A stretch of 64,000 bases of DNA from Marsupella aquatica (taxonomy: Eukaryota; Plantae; Marchantiophyta). Both the position numbers and the translations under genes were made by a program. Positions 38,826-52,785 of the stretch are shown piece by piece. Where the stretch lies: positions 18,092,754 to 18,156,753 of the forward strand of contig OZ316896.1 of the NCBI GenBank assembly GCA_973895155.1, given 5' to 3'. Position 1 is the first letter of the stretch, and every line of letters begins with the position of its first letter. The notes beneath the pieces were generated by a model that was given only the letters and a program-made list of their open reading frames with translations, made no database searches and was not told the origin of the DNA.

Positions 38826-39777
38826 CTATTGCTACAGCCGATTTTTCTTGCTCTGCCGGATCCTATGCTGTCTATTCCGAGGGCTTCTTTTTTCTCCAGC
38901 CGAGTCTGCCATTTCCGAAGCTGTCTTCCTGGGTCTACTACCTTTTCAGCTGGATATGCCTGCTCGACCTATACCACGGCTGCGGTTGTGCTATTCTCGC
39001 TCATCTTGCACATCGGGAGCGGCTAGGATGTCTCATGTCTGGAGTATGATCTGTTATGGTTGTGAATTTGCAGACATGTCATTGATGAGGTGATGTGGTG
39101 AACTCATTCTATAAGGGATCCAATTCTGATGGTTTCTTGTTGGGGTTTTTGAGGTGCCTCCGCTCTGGGGACCTATGGGTTGCTCTCAAGTCTCATCCTT
39201 TTGTAGTTTTGGCCCCCTTATTAGTGGTTCCATGATTCTGCCGATTTCTGATTTTGCCTGGAGTTGCTCTAAGATAAGGACGGAGGACAAGTGGATTGGT
39301 GCGAGGGAGTGATGACTTGGTGCGATGCTGTGGGCACAGTGCGGAGGGATACTTTTGTGGTTATTTTGGCAACATGTGGGGATGGTGCCTAAGGTGGCCA
39401 GTGGGGAGTGGTTTATGGTTTTGTTCCGGATTGACCCGGGGTGCATTTAGGGTGGATTTGCAGTTATGGTGGTTCCCGAGTTTTACATGGGCTATTCTGA
39501 CTTTTGGGTGCTCATTTTTTGCTCTGATGCTCCTCCTCCCCTTTCTCTTATGCCTTCTTCTCTCCAGGTGGATGGGCTGGTGGGGCTCTTTCTTCTTTTT
39601 CCCTGGGTGTGCTCCCTCTTTCAGCCCCCTTAATTGTCTTTTTTGGTCCTTCTTTCTCCTGCCCCCTCTTTTGGCAGAGGTTGTACTCTTGGTTTCTTTG
39701 AATAAAGTTTCTTGGGCTGTGCCCCTTAAATTTTTTAAAAAAGGAAAAAAAAGAAAAAAAGAAAAAGAAAAGAAAAC
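38826..39777 (+). mobile_element. 5'-truncated non-LTR retroelement (LINE-type) insertion with A-rich tail and 16 bp TSD
   Basis: Perfect direct repeat AAGAATCTTATGTTCA at 38810-38825 and 39778-39793. AATAAA at ~39701 and an A-rich tail (39737-39776) lie directly before the right copy. Confidence 0.8.
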
Positions 39778-39994
39778 AAGAATCTTATGTTCAGTTATAA
39801 GATTTTTTCTTATTATTGAACTTTTGACACTCCCTATTGGACCCTTTGCAAACACGGACGTGGGGGGCCTCACCAGTTTCCTAAACTCTCCCATGGCAGG
39901 CCTTTTTGGGGTGCTCTAATAAGATGTCAACTAAAAAAGTAGGAAAAGTGAAAGAGGAATCAGCAGGGTGTTTCGAATCCTCCTCCTATAGGCG

Positions 39995-40205
39995 ACTGGT
40001 GGGGTCGGCCCTGTCCGGTCTGGTGCGCCAGGCCCGGGCCATACCATACCACGCCATCATGCCATGCCATGCGATGCCAGACCAGGCCAGGCCAGGTCGG
40101 GTCGGAACCCTCCTCTAGTCGACGGGTGGGGTCGGGCCGGTCCAGTGCGCCAGGCTAGGCGACGCCAGGCCAGGCCAGGCCGGGTCGGTCGGTCGGGTCG
40201 GGGCT
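39995..40205. repeat. GC-rich pentamer repeats (CCAGG, GGTCG, CCATG) upstream of MAP3K-epsilon
   Basis: Read directly. Confidence 0.7.
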
Positions 40206-41292
40206 CCTTTTCTCATATATTGCATATTGACACCCTGTCTCGTCCTTTGGTTGATCTCCTGAACTCCCGTACTGTAGTCCGTCTGGTCTCCGCCACTGCG
40301 CAGAACTCTACTCGACTCTGCTACTGTGTACTACTGGCACCAGCAAGCAAAAAGCTTTCCAGGAAGGCAAAGACTCATTCTATCGGACCTCTCACACGAA
40401 TGCGGAAGAGCAGGAAGCAAAGCACAGAGCAGAGAGGAGAGCAGAGAGAAGAGAGAGGAGAGCGAGGAGGAGGAGAGAGGAGGGAACCAGCGATCGACCG
40501 ACGGAGAGAAAGCTTTGATTGACGCTCAGGACTCGAGAGCCGACGTGCGTGATCTTCTGATGATGGCGATGGTGATGTCTGTGAACGCGCAGGATTGAAA
40601 ATTGTGGAGGATCAAGGACTTCTTGCTCGCTTGTTGTTGTTGCGCAGTAAGTGAGTTGCTGGTGCTGCTCTGGTGGTGGTGGTGGTGGTGCTGCTGCTGC
40701 TGCCTGGGAGCAGGCTGGAAGGGCATAGGAAACTACCGGCATACAGGGAGGCAGCCAGACAGCAGATAGACAGCTACTACAGTAGTGCAGTCCAGTGCAG
40801 TGCAGTAGTGAAGTACGTTTGTTCGAGCCGTGCCTCCGCATTCTGCGAGGGTTCAGGCGAAGAGAGAGAGAGAGGGAGGTGAAGGTTTGGGAGTTTGGGG
40901 CCGGGGCTTTTCTTCGACGAGACGCGAGGAGAAGGAAGGGACGGGCAGATCGCACGATGCAGTGGAGGGCGTGGATGGATACTCTCTAAGTACCGGTAGG
41001 GAATGGGGATAGCAAAGAAAGCAGCAGGTTGTACTTCACGGTGAGGGGGGAAGAGAAGGTTTCGGAGTCCGGAGTTTGGGCCTGAGAGGCGAGACTAGAC
41101 GGACAGACACGATTCAAGGTGGTGGTGGATGGATACTTACTGATGAGTGCCGGACTGGCGGTGGTTCGGTCGGGATTAGCAAAGAAAGCAGGTCGTCCTT
41201 TGTGGTGTTAGGGGGATTGGACAGCGGGGACGGACGACAGGGGCGCTCGCTGGCAGGCGGGCTACGTTGCTTTACTTACCACTTCCCAGCTA

Positions 41293-41321
41293 GTGCAGTG
41301 CAGTGCAGTGCAGTGCAGTGC
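41293..41321. repeat. (GTGCA)n microsatellite
   Basis: Read directly. A shorter copy lies at ~40785-40805. Confidence 0.9.
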
Positions 41322-42166
41322 GGTGGAGTGTTGTCTAGTGTGACATGTTGACTGGCTACAGCAGGACAGTGATGGCACGGGTTTTATAGCATTGCAGCCG
41401 AGTCAGGGTATACGAGTGAATGGATGGATGACTTGGGTTCAGGGCAGACAGAATAGCGGAAAGAGCGGCGATAGGGCTATTGCAGAAATGCCGATGGTGG
41501 TATCAAATTAGGTTTTCTTCTTCGCAGAGCAGCCATGGATTTTGGTTCGTGCACATTATACTTCGACGAGTGAGTAGCCCGCCTGCGGATAGATGAGGTG
41601 CGGGGTCATCTAGGACAATGAGAAACATTCGCTGCTCTTTCTGTGTCTCTCTTCAGCTTCGGATTGCACTCTGATTCCATCACAGCGATAGCCGAGTAGC
41701 CTGGGAGCATCGTACTGTTTGGGTTGATAACAACGGCACACTGTGGTTTCTGAACGAGAGCCGGACTTGGATGAATTCCGATCTCTTTTGGTCTGTCGTT
41801 GGTATAGCTTGCTTGGAAATGGGAAGGTTTAGGGAAGACAGGGGCTTGGCCGTCACATAGTTGCAATGGTTGAATGAGATCACCGACGCTGGAGTTAAAC
41901 TGGACGACCTTCATTACGCGAATCCGGAAGTCGTACAGGAAATGATCGGAGATTGCGTGAGAACAGGAATGGCATTGCATCACCATGAGACTCGCGTTAA
42001 CGTTTGTGCTTTTGGGGAACGGAAGGTTAAGATTTTGGGGAGAATTTGTGGCAGAAGACGGAAAGAGTTTTTGGTTTGTCCCACGTGAGGTGAGCAATGT
42101 GGGAGCCCCAGAGTAGGTGGTATAGTAGTGAGCGTAGTTGCATCATCATCCCGAACGAGCCTGACA

Positions 42167-45100
42167 ATGTCGCGACATACATCAGCTTCCCATTATCACA
42201 AGTCCAAGACACTCAACGACAAATATGTAATTCTCGTTATCCTGAGTTCTCTTTTTGTTCCGGTTTTGTATTCCTGCAGTGCACAGGCCAGCCACCGGCC
42301 GGGAGGACGTGGAAGGTTCCTGTTACGAGAGGCGGCATGTGCATCTTTTTGTGCAGTGGTCCGTGACATTGTCGAAGTGAACATCGAAGAATACCAATGA
42401 GTATTTTGCAACATCTCTCCAAGGAGAAGCTCTCGTCGGAAGACGAATTTCGTCTCGAATTTCGTCTGAAGACAAATAAAGTAATTTGTAACGGGCCGAG
42501 TGTTTTGTGGATGCTGTCCCCGTGTCTCGTACAGATCTATGCCTGTCAATTGTCATACACCTGCACAAACGATGCAGTATTTAATAACTCATGAATATCT
42601 TCCTGATTTGGACAGCTTTTGGGAGATGAAATTGGCAAGGGTGCATATGGGCGGGTCTACAAAGGCCTGGATTTGGAAAATGGAGATTTTGTTGCAATCA
42701 AGCAGGTCTCCCTGGAGAACATACCTTCAGAAGACCTCGCAAGTATCCAGGTTTGTGACCGAAACCTTCAATTGGTTAGGGACCGAGATCTCAGTGATGT
42801 TGACCCTGAGACGCTCTTGTCCTGACGTTAACCAGTTTTGCGACGTTTAGCGTCAGTTTCCTGTCTCTATTGTCACTGATCATATTATTTGTTCAGCGCA
42901 CTATGTGGCATGCATACCCCCTTTCCATAGTCATACAAAGTGCACTAACACATTGTTTTCGTTGCGCTTGCCCGATGTCTAATTTCCTCCGAGCAGCAAG
43001 AGATCGATCTTCTCAAGGTATGAAGGTCAATTTACTTAAAGAAAAAGTAGTTTTCACTTTTTTGCGGCTCTCTTGTTCTAGAACTAGCACTGTTTTTGGT
43101 CTCGGCGAAAGCTCAAAATTTATGGGTGTACATACGTTCTTGCAGAATCTCAATCACAAGAACATAGTTAAGTACCAAGGATCTTTCAAGACCAAAAGCC
43201 ATCTCTACATCATCCTCGAGTAAGTATCACTTGTAGCGTATTGCTGGTTTTTTGTGGGTTTTTCTTGGAAGACATTTTCTTCAGTTACTCTTATGCTGGT
43301 TGGTTTTTTTTTTTTTCTGGTGGAAGGGCCTAAAGATATCTTCTGATTTTACTCTCACAAGTATGCCGACGTGTATATCGGCGTAAGTGGATCGTTAACG
43401 TTTTGGATTATTTATATTTCCATGACAGGTATGTCGAAAATGGATCTCTCGCCAATATTATCAAGCCAAACAAGTTTGGCGCATTTCCGGAGTCCCTGGT
43501 GGCTGTATACATTGCTCAGGTTTGTGCCGACTGTACTAGGAATACTGTCTAATAAGCATGAAAATGACGAATGCATGGAAGTCCCACACAGGCTGATGAC
43601 TCTGATTCTCTGTGAGCATTTTTCCAAGCTTCGCTAGGAGTTTGAATCTGAGCCTAATATTGTCAATGTCTTGCATTTCTGGAGTTGACATATTCGTTTG
43701 GTAAAGGTTCTTGAAGGGCTTGTTTATCTGCACGAACAAGGGGTCATACATCGAGATATCAAGGGTGCTAATATTCTCACTACAAAGGAGGTACAGATTT
43801 TCCGGATGGAGGAAGCCCTTTTTAACCTTTTCACGATGCAACCGTCTTAGGGAAAGAAGAAGATAAATTGGGTGCAAGGAGTCCTGTGAAGACTTTATTT
43901 GCACTTACTCTCCATTCAGATTGTTGAGTTTCCCGCGTGGGAGTTTGTACTTTACTTTTTGCTTATGCGAAGGCTGTTGTACATTCCGGCAGGGCTTGGT
44001 CAAACTTGCTGACTTTGGAGTTGCTACCAAACTTACAGAGGCAGACGTGAACACACACTCTGTTGTGGGCACTCCGTACTGGATGGCCCCAGAGGTACAT
44101 TTTTGTACTATTTACAATGCCCATTTACATAACCGGGGTTATTATCTGTAACAGTCCGATCTTCAGTGTCTACATACACCTCACAGCTGTTGGCTACAAT
44201 CATCTTGCCGTTTGACTGCACATAGTTTTGAAATTTAGATTCTTTGCATCAAACGTTGGTCCTCAAGTTGCAAGTACTGTGCGAACTTGGAGCATTTAAT
44301 GCCGTTGTTGTGGACAAGTCGGCAAATTTATCCGTTGTATCTCATAAGTACATGATATAGTCTATCTTGTTTCAAAGTCTCAGTCCTACCAATTGGTGAG
44401 CTGCAATGTCGCTCAATTGACCTGGAAAGGGTACTCAAACAAGAGGTTCAAAGTTGGGATATAGATTGGGAAGGTTTTGTTGACATATGTTACAGCCCTT
44501 GACATGCAGGCATTAATCTAATATAGTAAGCTCAGAGGAAAACTCTCGAGTTTTATGTTTCAGTGTTGAGAAGAGAAGAGGCTTCTCGTATGATGCAAAT
44601 TAAATTGTTCATGACCGGTTGGCTGCAGGTGATTGAGATGTCTGGAGTGAGTGCAGCATCTGATATATGGAGCGTAGGCTGCACTGTAATCGAGCTTCTC
44701 ACCTGCGTGCCTCCCTATTATGATCTCCAACCTATGCCAGCTCTGTTCCGTATTGTGCAGGTGAGATGTGATGGATTCAATGACTTATGGGATCTCTCTT
44801 TGGCTTTATTTGTGAAGAATTGATGTATAGCAGTAACCAGGTTGCGACACATAGGTTTTGGACCTCAAGACGTTGTTACTGTTCTCGTTCCCTAAAAGCA
44901 GTTTTTGGTAGCTAACGATGAAGAATAATTTTTTTAATTGCTTTAGCTGAAGTTCCAATTTGAATTTGTAATCCATATCGCGGGAGCTTACCATCAATTA
45001 TTTTGTAGGATGAACATCCTCCATTGCCGGAGAATATTTCAGCCGCAATTACTGATTTTCTACATCAGTGCTTCAGAAAGGTATTCACACTGATCTAAAA

Positions 45101-48100
45101 TGTAATAAATAATTTAAAATGAAGATCGTCGTGTGCTTTGTTTGAAGATCTCTTATAGCTAGTTCTTGTTGAGCTTGTGAATCAATGATTTTGTTTTGCA
45201 TGATCTCTAGAAAGACTTAAAATTTTTCTCCATTTCTAAGTTTGGATGAACTTGTCTACGAAGATTACTCAGCTAATAGGGTGTCGTTATTCTCAGTAAA
45301 ATTGCTTGTACCGAATAGTGCTTGTGGGTCTTATTTTCTAATTGCTGGGCTTTAGAATGATTCAGAATATTTGTACTAAAGCTTCTGGTTTCTCAGGACG
45401 CAAAGATGAGGCCCGATGCCAGGACGCTTTTGAAGCATCCCTGGATCCGCAATTCGAGTCGCACTCTTAAAAACTCTCTTCAAAGAACGGGGGGCCGAAT
45501 CAAGTAACGACTTAACGAAATCTCTCATGATTTACTCTCAGTCAGGAAGTTAAGGGAGGGATTATGCTTCCTAGATAAGGGTGAAAAGCATTGTCTCAGA
45601 AGTTTTGGAAGAAATAAGCTGAAGTGTTATTTGTATTTGTTGTCTCTCTGCACCTGCAGCAACATACCTGAGGATGTTTCCACAGTTGTTGAGAGGGCAA
45701 TCGAAGATGGCGAGAAAGAAGATCGTCGACCTGCTTCAGATGAAGCTTCCACATCAAGGGATCCTTTCGAGTCTGGTTCAGTAAGTACGCTGCTCATGGT
45801 TACACTGCTGGCTGCTGTTAACAGGGTGCTGGATAACGCACGTACTGGTATCATTTTCCATGTATTCTCTTGGAAGGTACAGCTTCTAAGGAAAGGTTTC
45901 TTGATCTCTTTGTTTACCCTAAACCCTTAGCCGAGACTTACTTCATCTGAACTTCTAAAACTTTACAGGATGATGAACAGAAGACGGCTTCTCTCTCACA
46001 AAGCTTGGAGATAAGTGGGCTTAGCAGTAGCCAGAGCAATAGTTTTGGACGACGCGCTCGCATCAAAATTCCTCGAAGCGTTACTAGTCTTCAGCGTATG
46101 GCGATGAGGAATGGTTCAGGTCAGCCTAGTCCGGCTGGTGGATCCCCTCAATTGCCACCAAATTCTGTGGACAGGCTCACTTCAAGGAATAATCCTGGAT
46201 CAGATGGGCCATCTTCGTCAATACGATCGTCAGGTAATGCATCGGGGTCAGTTGGCTTGCCAGGGCTTTCAGACAGATTTGTAGGGGACGCAGCTGTACA
46301 GGGCTCAGATGAAACGGAAGACATCAATATCAGGGATCAAGAAAGTGGAAGAGGGTTCCAGCTGTCTCAAGAAGCCAGCGGTTCAGCGTCGGCGTATTTG
46401 GGGCATGGAGATGAGGAGGTGAATGGTTCCAGGGAGGCATATGGTGAAGAAGTAAAGCAGAAGCCTTCATTGCCTGTCAAATCACTGGCCAATGGTTCTC
46501 ATCACTCCGTTCAGGTTGATTTCCGAACCATGAAGTAGTCGGCTTTTCCACTGAGCCCTGGGATCATATGCTGGGATCATTGTACACGTATCTGTCGTAA
46601 ACTCGTAGAAGCTGACATAATAAGCAGGTAGATCCCCCTTGGAAGTATTTGTATAAGATTCAGGTGAAGGAATTCGGGACAACGATGCAGTGATCAGATC
46701 ACATATTAATGCTTCTCTGACTGGTGCTGTAGTCATGAGACGAATGTAATAACGAATTGACCACAGTGGATTCTGCTAAAGCTTGAATACACAGGTCATG
46801 GAGTTTTTTGTTGGCATCAGGTTGTTGGCAGAAGTTGGATGTCAATGTGTGTAACTGGACTTAAGCCTGTCGAGACATGTTTTTCTTCTGGGTTCATCCT
46901 GTTGATACACTGGGAGGACTGAAGTGTGCGCTTCTTGGTTTTGTAGGTGGGAAAACCCAGCACTACTTCAATGAGAAGGTTAAGTGATATGCGTCCAAAC
47001 GGGCCGGTTGATGATACTTTGATTGAGCCATTCATGGCACTGAACAGTTCTCTTCGTGATATGGCCGTGAGTTCATCTCCTGGAGCAGCCACGCAAGGAT
47101 CAGCTTCCAAGGGTTCCACTAGCCACCCATTAGAGAGTGTAGGTGCAATGAGTCTTGCTGTAAAGCTCAGGGCGAAGACTGCACAAAGGGTTGATGGTGA
47201 AGCTACAGTGTCACCTCGGAGGGACCTGTTTCAGACCATGATTGATATTGTTGAAGGCGATGACTCTATTGATATCACCAACATTGTGAGTTGATGATTG
47301 TGTTCTATTTTGCATCAACAGGTCTAGTGCTAGTTATTCTTTTTAACTTTATGTTGGCATTTTACTACTTGAACCTATCTGCTGGAAGTCTGTCGATTGC
47401 CTCTTCTCTAGGCATTGTGGACAATCATATCGGTTAAATATGTTCGTTTATGCAACTGAATGTACGCGTGGACAACCTTTCCAATAAGTAATGTATAAGG
47501 GCTATGAGTTGAATGGAGCTAGCTTGCAGATGGAGATAAGGAAGATCTATCAGGAACGTAATGACAATGTGACTGAGGGGTACTGGGGAATTCCGTATTT
47601 CTGTTTCGGAAGACCATGGGTTGAGAAGTTATCTTGGTAACCCATGCTCTGCATCGCTCGTAAAGCCGTAATAGAAGATTTGGCAGCTAGAAATTGTCAA
47701 TCTAGATTGCTTATTTGAGGGGCACAAGGATTGCAGACAATGCAAAGCGAAGCCATTCCATGGTGTCACTGATACTGATTTCTGAGTTTCAATGATGGAA
47801 AGCATCGACTAATTCGCTTGCCTTTCTTTCGGTGCTCAGGGTTATGAAAACAGGGAAGAAGGCAGAGACTATTTAGCCAAACAGGTGCCGTACTATACCT
47901 TCATCCAATCTATGTTTTCCTAAATTGCAATAGGTTAACTCAACTGGTCGAAGTTGTGTGATGTGTTAATGGTGCCGTATGTGTATCAGTTGCCCTTCTG
48001 GAAATACAAGGCAATGTTAATTGTCGCAAGTGTATCGACAAGCAAATGGTCGTTTTGAGTTTGGGCTTTTGTGTATACTACTACCTGCTGTCTTTCACAG

Positions 48101-51100
48101 AAATGACGTTTTGGGTGTTTGGACTGTACGAAACAGGCAATGGAAATAACTCGCTTGGTGAGCTTGCTGAAGCCCGACGAGTCAGAGGACGCTGTTATAT
48201 CAGCTTGCCAAAAGCTGGTGGCCATTTTCCAAGAATATCCTGAGCAAAAGGCACATCTGATTAGTCAACATGGCATCATTCCCTTAGTGGAGATGCTTGA
48301 AGTCAGTAATAACAGGGTAGGAGTTTCTTCCAGATATCGTAAATTAAAGTCAACAACTGTCTGAAGGATGCTGACTGGTCGTCTAAATTTGGCTATAGAT
48401 ATAGGGGAATTTAAATTTGTTTAAGCGATGTCTATTACGGGAAGTCTTCCAAGTGGGATTGTCTATCGAGAGCGACGATATCACTGTCTCACTGTTTTAC
48501 CAATGGCTAAGATAAATTAACGCACGTTGATTTGTCATCGTGCAATTCTTCTTGATGGTCTTAACTGTACTTATCTGTGAACAATAACTGTTTTTCTTTA
48601 TTGCTACACTCGAGCAGGTGCTTCACTCAGTTCTACAGCTGCTGAATCAAATAATTGAAGATAACGTTAGCTTTCAAGAAAATGCCTGCCTCGTAGGCTT
48701 GGTAAGACTCAAAGTTAGCCATTCTGGTTTTTGTTTGATATAAATTTGACGTGGATGAAGTTTGTTTCAGCAGCGTGTGAAGGTGAAGATGGTGAAGTTT
48801 AAATTTTTTTCCTTGAAGATGACTTTCTGTTCTTGCTGTGCAGATTCCCATGATCATGAATTTCGCTGCACCGGAGCGCTCAAGGGAAATGCGGATGCAG
48901 GCTGCTGCCTTTATCCAGCAGATTTGCCTTACAAGGTACTCCCTTGCCCTTTCTTCATGGGGACGGGTATGAAAATGCTTATTTTCTTGTACGAGGTTAT
49001 TGGGTTTTGAGTGTCAACGTGAGTGACTGATTCCAGTGCGTTATGGTGCTTTTTCAGTTCCTTGACACTGCAGATGTTCATTGCTTGCCGGGGATTGCCT
49101 GTGCTCGTAAGTCTTTTGGAGCCTGACTACGTGAAGTATAGGTGAGCCGTCTGAACACGTTCTTCTTGTTACTTTGCATGATACCCAGGTCAATAGAGTC
49201 GAATCATGCTATGATTGTATGCATCTGGAGTGCTATGTATCAGCTTCTAATTCTGTTTAGGGTATTCAAACGTAGTATTGGTTAACCGGCTACTTTTGGT
49301 TGCTAATGCCCTTACTTCTGTCCCAACTGCCTCATGTACCTACTTGGTCTTCCTTTGGTGCCATAGCTTCCTGCTGTGGAAAATAATGTGCTTGTGCATT
49401 TCATCTTACGTACCTGATACTGGATTGTTGTTCATTTAGAGAAATGGTTCATGTAGCCATTGATGCAATATGGCAAGTATTTGGCCTACAAAATGCAACA
49501 ACTCGAAACGACTTCTGTAGAATATTTGCCAAAAGTGGTGTATTAGTGCGCCTTGTGAACACTCTGTATAGCCTCAACGAAGCAACACGACTAGCTTCGG
49601 TGATGAATATGGGTGGAACTTCTAGTGGCATGTTGTCTTCAACATCGGCTAGCTCTGGTCAAGTCCTTCTCAGGTCCCGCTCGGGTCCTTTAGAACAATC
49701 TAGAATTGCACATGTGGAGGCCTTCAAACCTCGATCTGGCCAACTTGATCCAGCACGCGTGCGTTCTGGATATATGGAACCACATCGTCAAATAACAGGA
49801 CGGATTGAAACTCACCGACCGAAATCTCCTCAAGCTCACAAGTCTGCTGGGCTTCCGGACTACTTGCGACATCTTCCGGGGCAACATGATCAAAGACGTG
49901 GAAGTACAGCATCTATTGAGCCAGCCAGGGCAGGTATCAGTTTGGATGGTGGGCGAGAGATTCCCTGGCAATCACCAGCTCGATCACTTCAGTTTTCTGC
50001 AGACCGAGATCTAGCCGCAGCCCAGACTGAGTTTGGGTCGGAAGCCGAACCAAGTAAACTACTGATGAGCACAACGGAGAATCCTCGAGCACCATATAAT
50101 ACAGATCAATCATGGCACACCGGCCGGGGGGCAAATGGATCGGTGGAGACTGGTCACCAAGAAGTCCAAGTCCAACCTCTCTTGAGTCTTCTTGAAAAGG
50201 AGCCACCATCAAGGCCAGGGCAACCAGACTACTATCGCCATGGTTCTTCTGGTAATTTTGATCGCCATGATAACTCACTACCTATGTTGCACCATGCTGC
50301 TGTCATTCGAAAAATGAATGGCAAGATGGATGGACCTGGGACTGGATATCTTGGGACACAGTCGCCCTCGACGGTTTCTCCTATCCAATCTACCACCCAT
50401 AAATCATCTCTTGGCATGGGAAGCTCCTCCAGTCACAGTGATGGTGCGCCCTCGACTGCAGGAACTTTATCACAGCGAAATTCTGGCCAGTTGTCAACTT
50501 CGGGAGCTCCAAATGGCAGAATACCATCAATTTCTGGAACTTCGTCGCATCGAGATTCTGGCCAATTGTCTACTTCGGGAGCTCCAAATGACAGAATAGG
50601 GAGTGGGTCGTCACCAGTATTGCTTTCTCGTATGGTCTCCAATTTGACTGTCGACGGGAGCAGAGACTATGTGGTGAAAGTTGCAGACCTCTTACTGGAG
50701 TTTTCGCGAGCTGATACTGTTGTGAAATCTCACATGTGTAGTGTCAACTTGCTGATTCGCTTGTTCCAAATGCTAAACAAGCTCGAGCCAATGATCTTGC
50801 TGAAAGTACGTACTTGCCATGACTGCCGTGTGCTCAGGCATCCCTTAGCGATTTCTTGTAGTGGGAAATCAATGCACCCTGCTCAAAAAATAAAATAACG
50901 AAGGGATGGTCGACTGGTACCTATGGCGTCTGCTTCTTGCGCGAATTCAACTTAAATTTCTCCTTTTCTGATTGATTCTTTGATGGGGAATCCTCGTTGT
51001 TGCCTGGAACTGCTGTTACTGTAGGAAAGTTAAACCCTTATATTCTTTTGGATGAATCTCCACAAGTGGTTGTAGTGGTTTTGATTCTAAACATGCACTA

Positions 51101-52785
51101 TCTTGGATGGTTTCTTTATGCAGATATTGAAATGTATCAAAGAACTTTCAACGGACCCCTTCACGTTAGAGTACTTGCAACGAGCTGATGCAATGAAGCA
51201 TCTTGTTCCGTTTCTGGACAAACGGGAAGGACCTTATGTTTCACAGATACATAATCAGGTGTGAGGAAGATGAATCCCAAAATGTTACCGTGGTTTGTAC
51301 ATCTTAAAGATAGTTGCGTACTTAGATTAGGGGCAGATAAAGAAATGACTCATCCTCAAGATTTTTTGGTAAAATCCAGATTAGATCTTATGAGAATATG
51401 ACAGTTCAGTTTCTACGACAAGTATCGGTTCTTTATATTGCCTTCAACTTGGGAAACACGTCCAGTCGATGTGGATGGTTGTCAACGTCCAGGTATAGTC
51501 CAGGTATATTGTTGACGCTAACGAGGATGTTTGTGGTATTCTCGCAGGTGCTAAACGCTTTATACAATCTATGCAAAATCAACAAACGGCGGCAAGAACA
51601 GGCAGCTGAAAGTGGCATCATTCCTCACTTGATGCATTTCATCAAGGAGAATTCTCCTCTCAAGCAATTTGCTTTGCCGTTGTTGTGTGATATGGCTCAC
51701 GCCTCACGTTATACGAGAGAGCAGTTAAGAGCACACAAGGGCCTAGAGGTCTATTTGAGTCTTCTCAATGATGAGTACTGGGCAGTCACTGCTCTGGACT
51801 CTCTTGCAGTCTGTCTTGCCCATGATAATGAACAGCGAAAGGTGGAACAAGCCTTACTCAAGAAGGATGCTTTGCAAAAGCTGGTGGCATTTTTCCAGTC
51901 CTGTTCGGGACCGTCTTTTGTACACATTTTGGAGCCGTTTCTTAAGATCATCACGTAAGTGCTTCTATTTGTTGTTTGGGAGACCAGTTATTGACTTCAT
52001 CGCACTTCAGACGTTTAATGCCAAAAATTTGTTGGGTGGTCCTTGGAATTGGATTCGTTACCACTGATCATTAACATAAAGGTAGCCGTTTCTGTTTTGT
52101 GCCTGCAACCGCAGCCCCTAACGATGCACTGGGTCAAGTTCTACAGACATGGAAACCTGTTCTGCAATGTATTGTTGGTGAACTCACCGTTGCATTGATG
52201 CGGAGAAGACGATTTCAATTATCCGTCGCTTGAAACGTTTTGCAGGAAATCTGTCCGCTTGAATACAGAACTAGCTGTGTCTGGTTTGACGCCACTTCTG
52301 GTGGGAAGGCTGGATCACCAAGATGCCATTGCTCGCTTAAATCTTTTGAAACTCATCAAGGTGAGGATTGCATGTTCTCATCATAGTACTCTCGTCGTCT
52401 CTTATTTTGATGGTATCCTGAGTTTGAACCACAACTCGTTGTCCACAGTTACCGTCTGTTGTAGCAGATTTATTACAAGACAGGTGGTACTATACTTTTT
52501 GGACGCATAAGCCAACACCCTGGGTCTTGATGATGACGGGAATTAAGCTTCGAGTCATTGTAATTTGTTCTTTAATTCACATGCTTCTATAAACTGGGGT
52601 TTGACCTGCAGGCCGTCTATGAGCACCACCCCCGACCAAAGCAGCTGATTGTGGAGCACGATTTACCCCAGAAACTTCGCGAATTGATTGAAGATCGCAA
52701 CGGTGAACGCTCTGGCGGTCAAGTCCTCGTAAAACAAATGGCCACAGCTCTACTCAAGGCTCTTCACATCAACACTGTTCTTTAG
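42167..52785 (+). CDS. MAP3KE: MAP3K epsilon protein kinase (Cdc7/Cdc15-like kinase with ARM repeats), 23 coding exons, ~1520 aa
   Basis: Exons 42167-42226, 42616-42750, 42997-43017, 43146-43219, 43429-43519, 43707-43790, 43993-44094, 44629-44760, 45009-45080, 45397-45503, 45660-45780, 45969-46514, 46947-47285, 47840-47884, 48137-48316, 48618-48701, 48844-48935, 49058-49141, 49440-50805, 51124-51258, 51548-51954, 52246-52360, 52612-52785 stay in frame. Motifs: [56 protein letters not shown]-terminal [21 protein letters not shown]. Confidence 0.95.

Noticed and set aside
39296-39919. 207-aa hydrophobic ORF and its Lys-rich antisense ORF
   Set aside because: They span the T-rich 3' region and A-tail of the retroelement and cross the TSD, so they reflect base composition.
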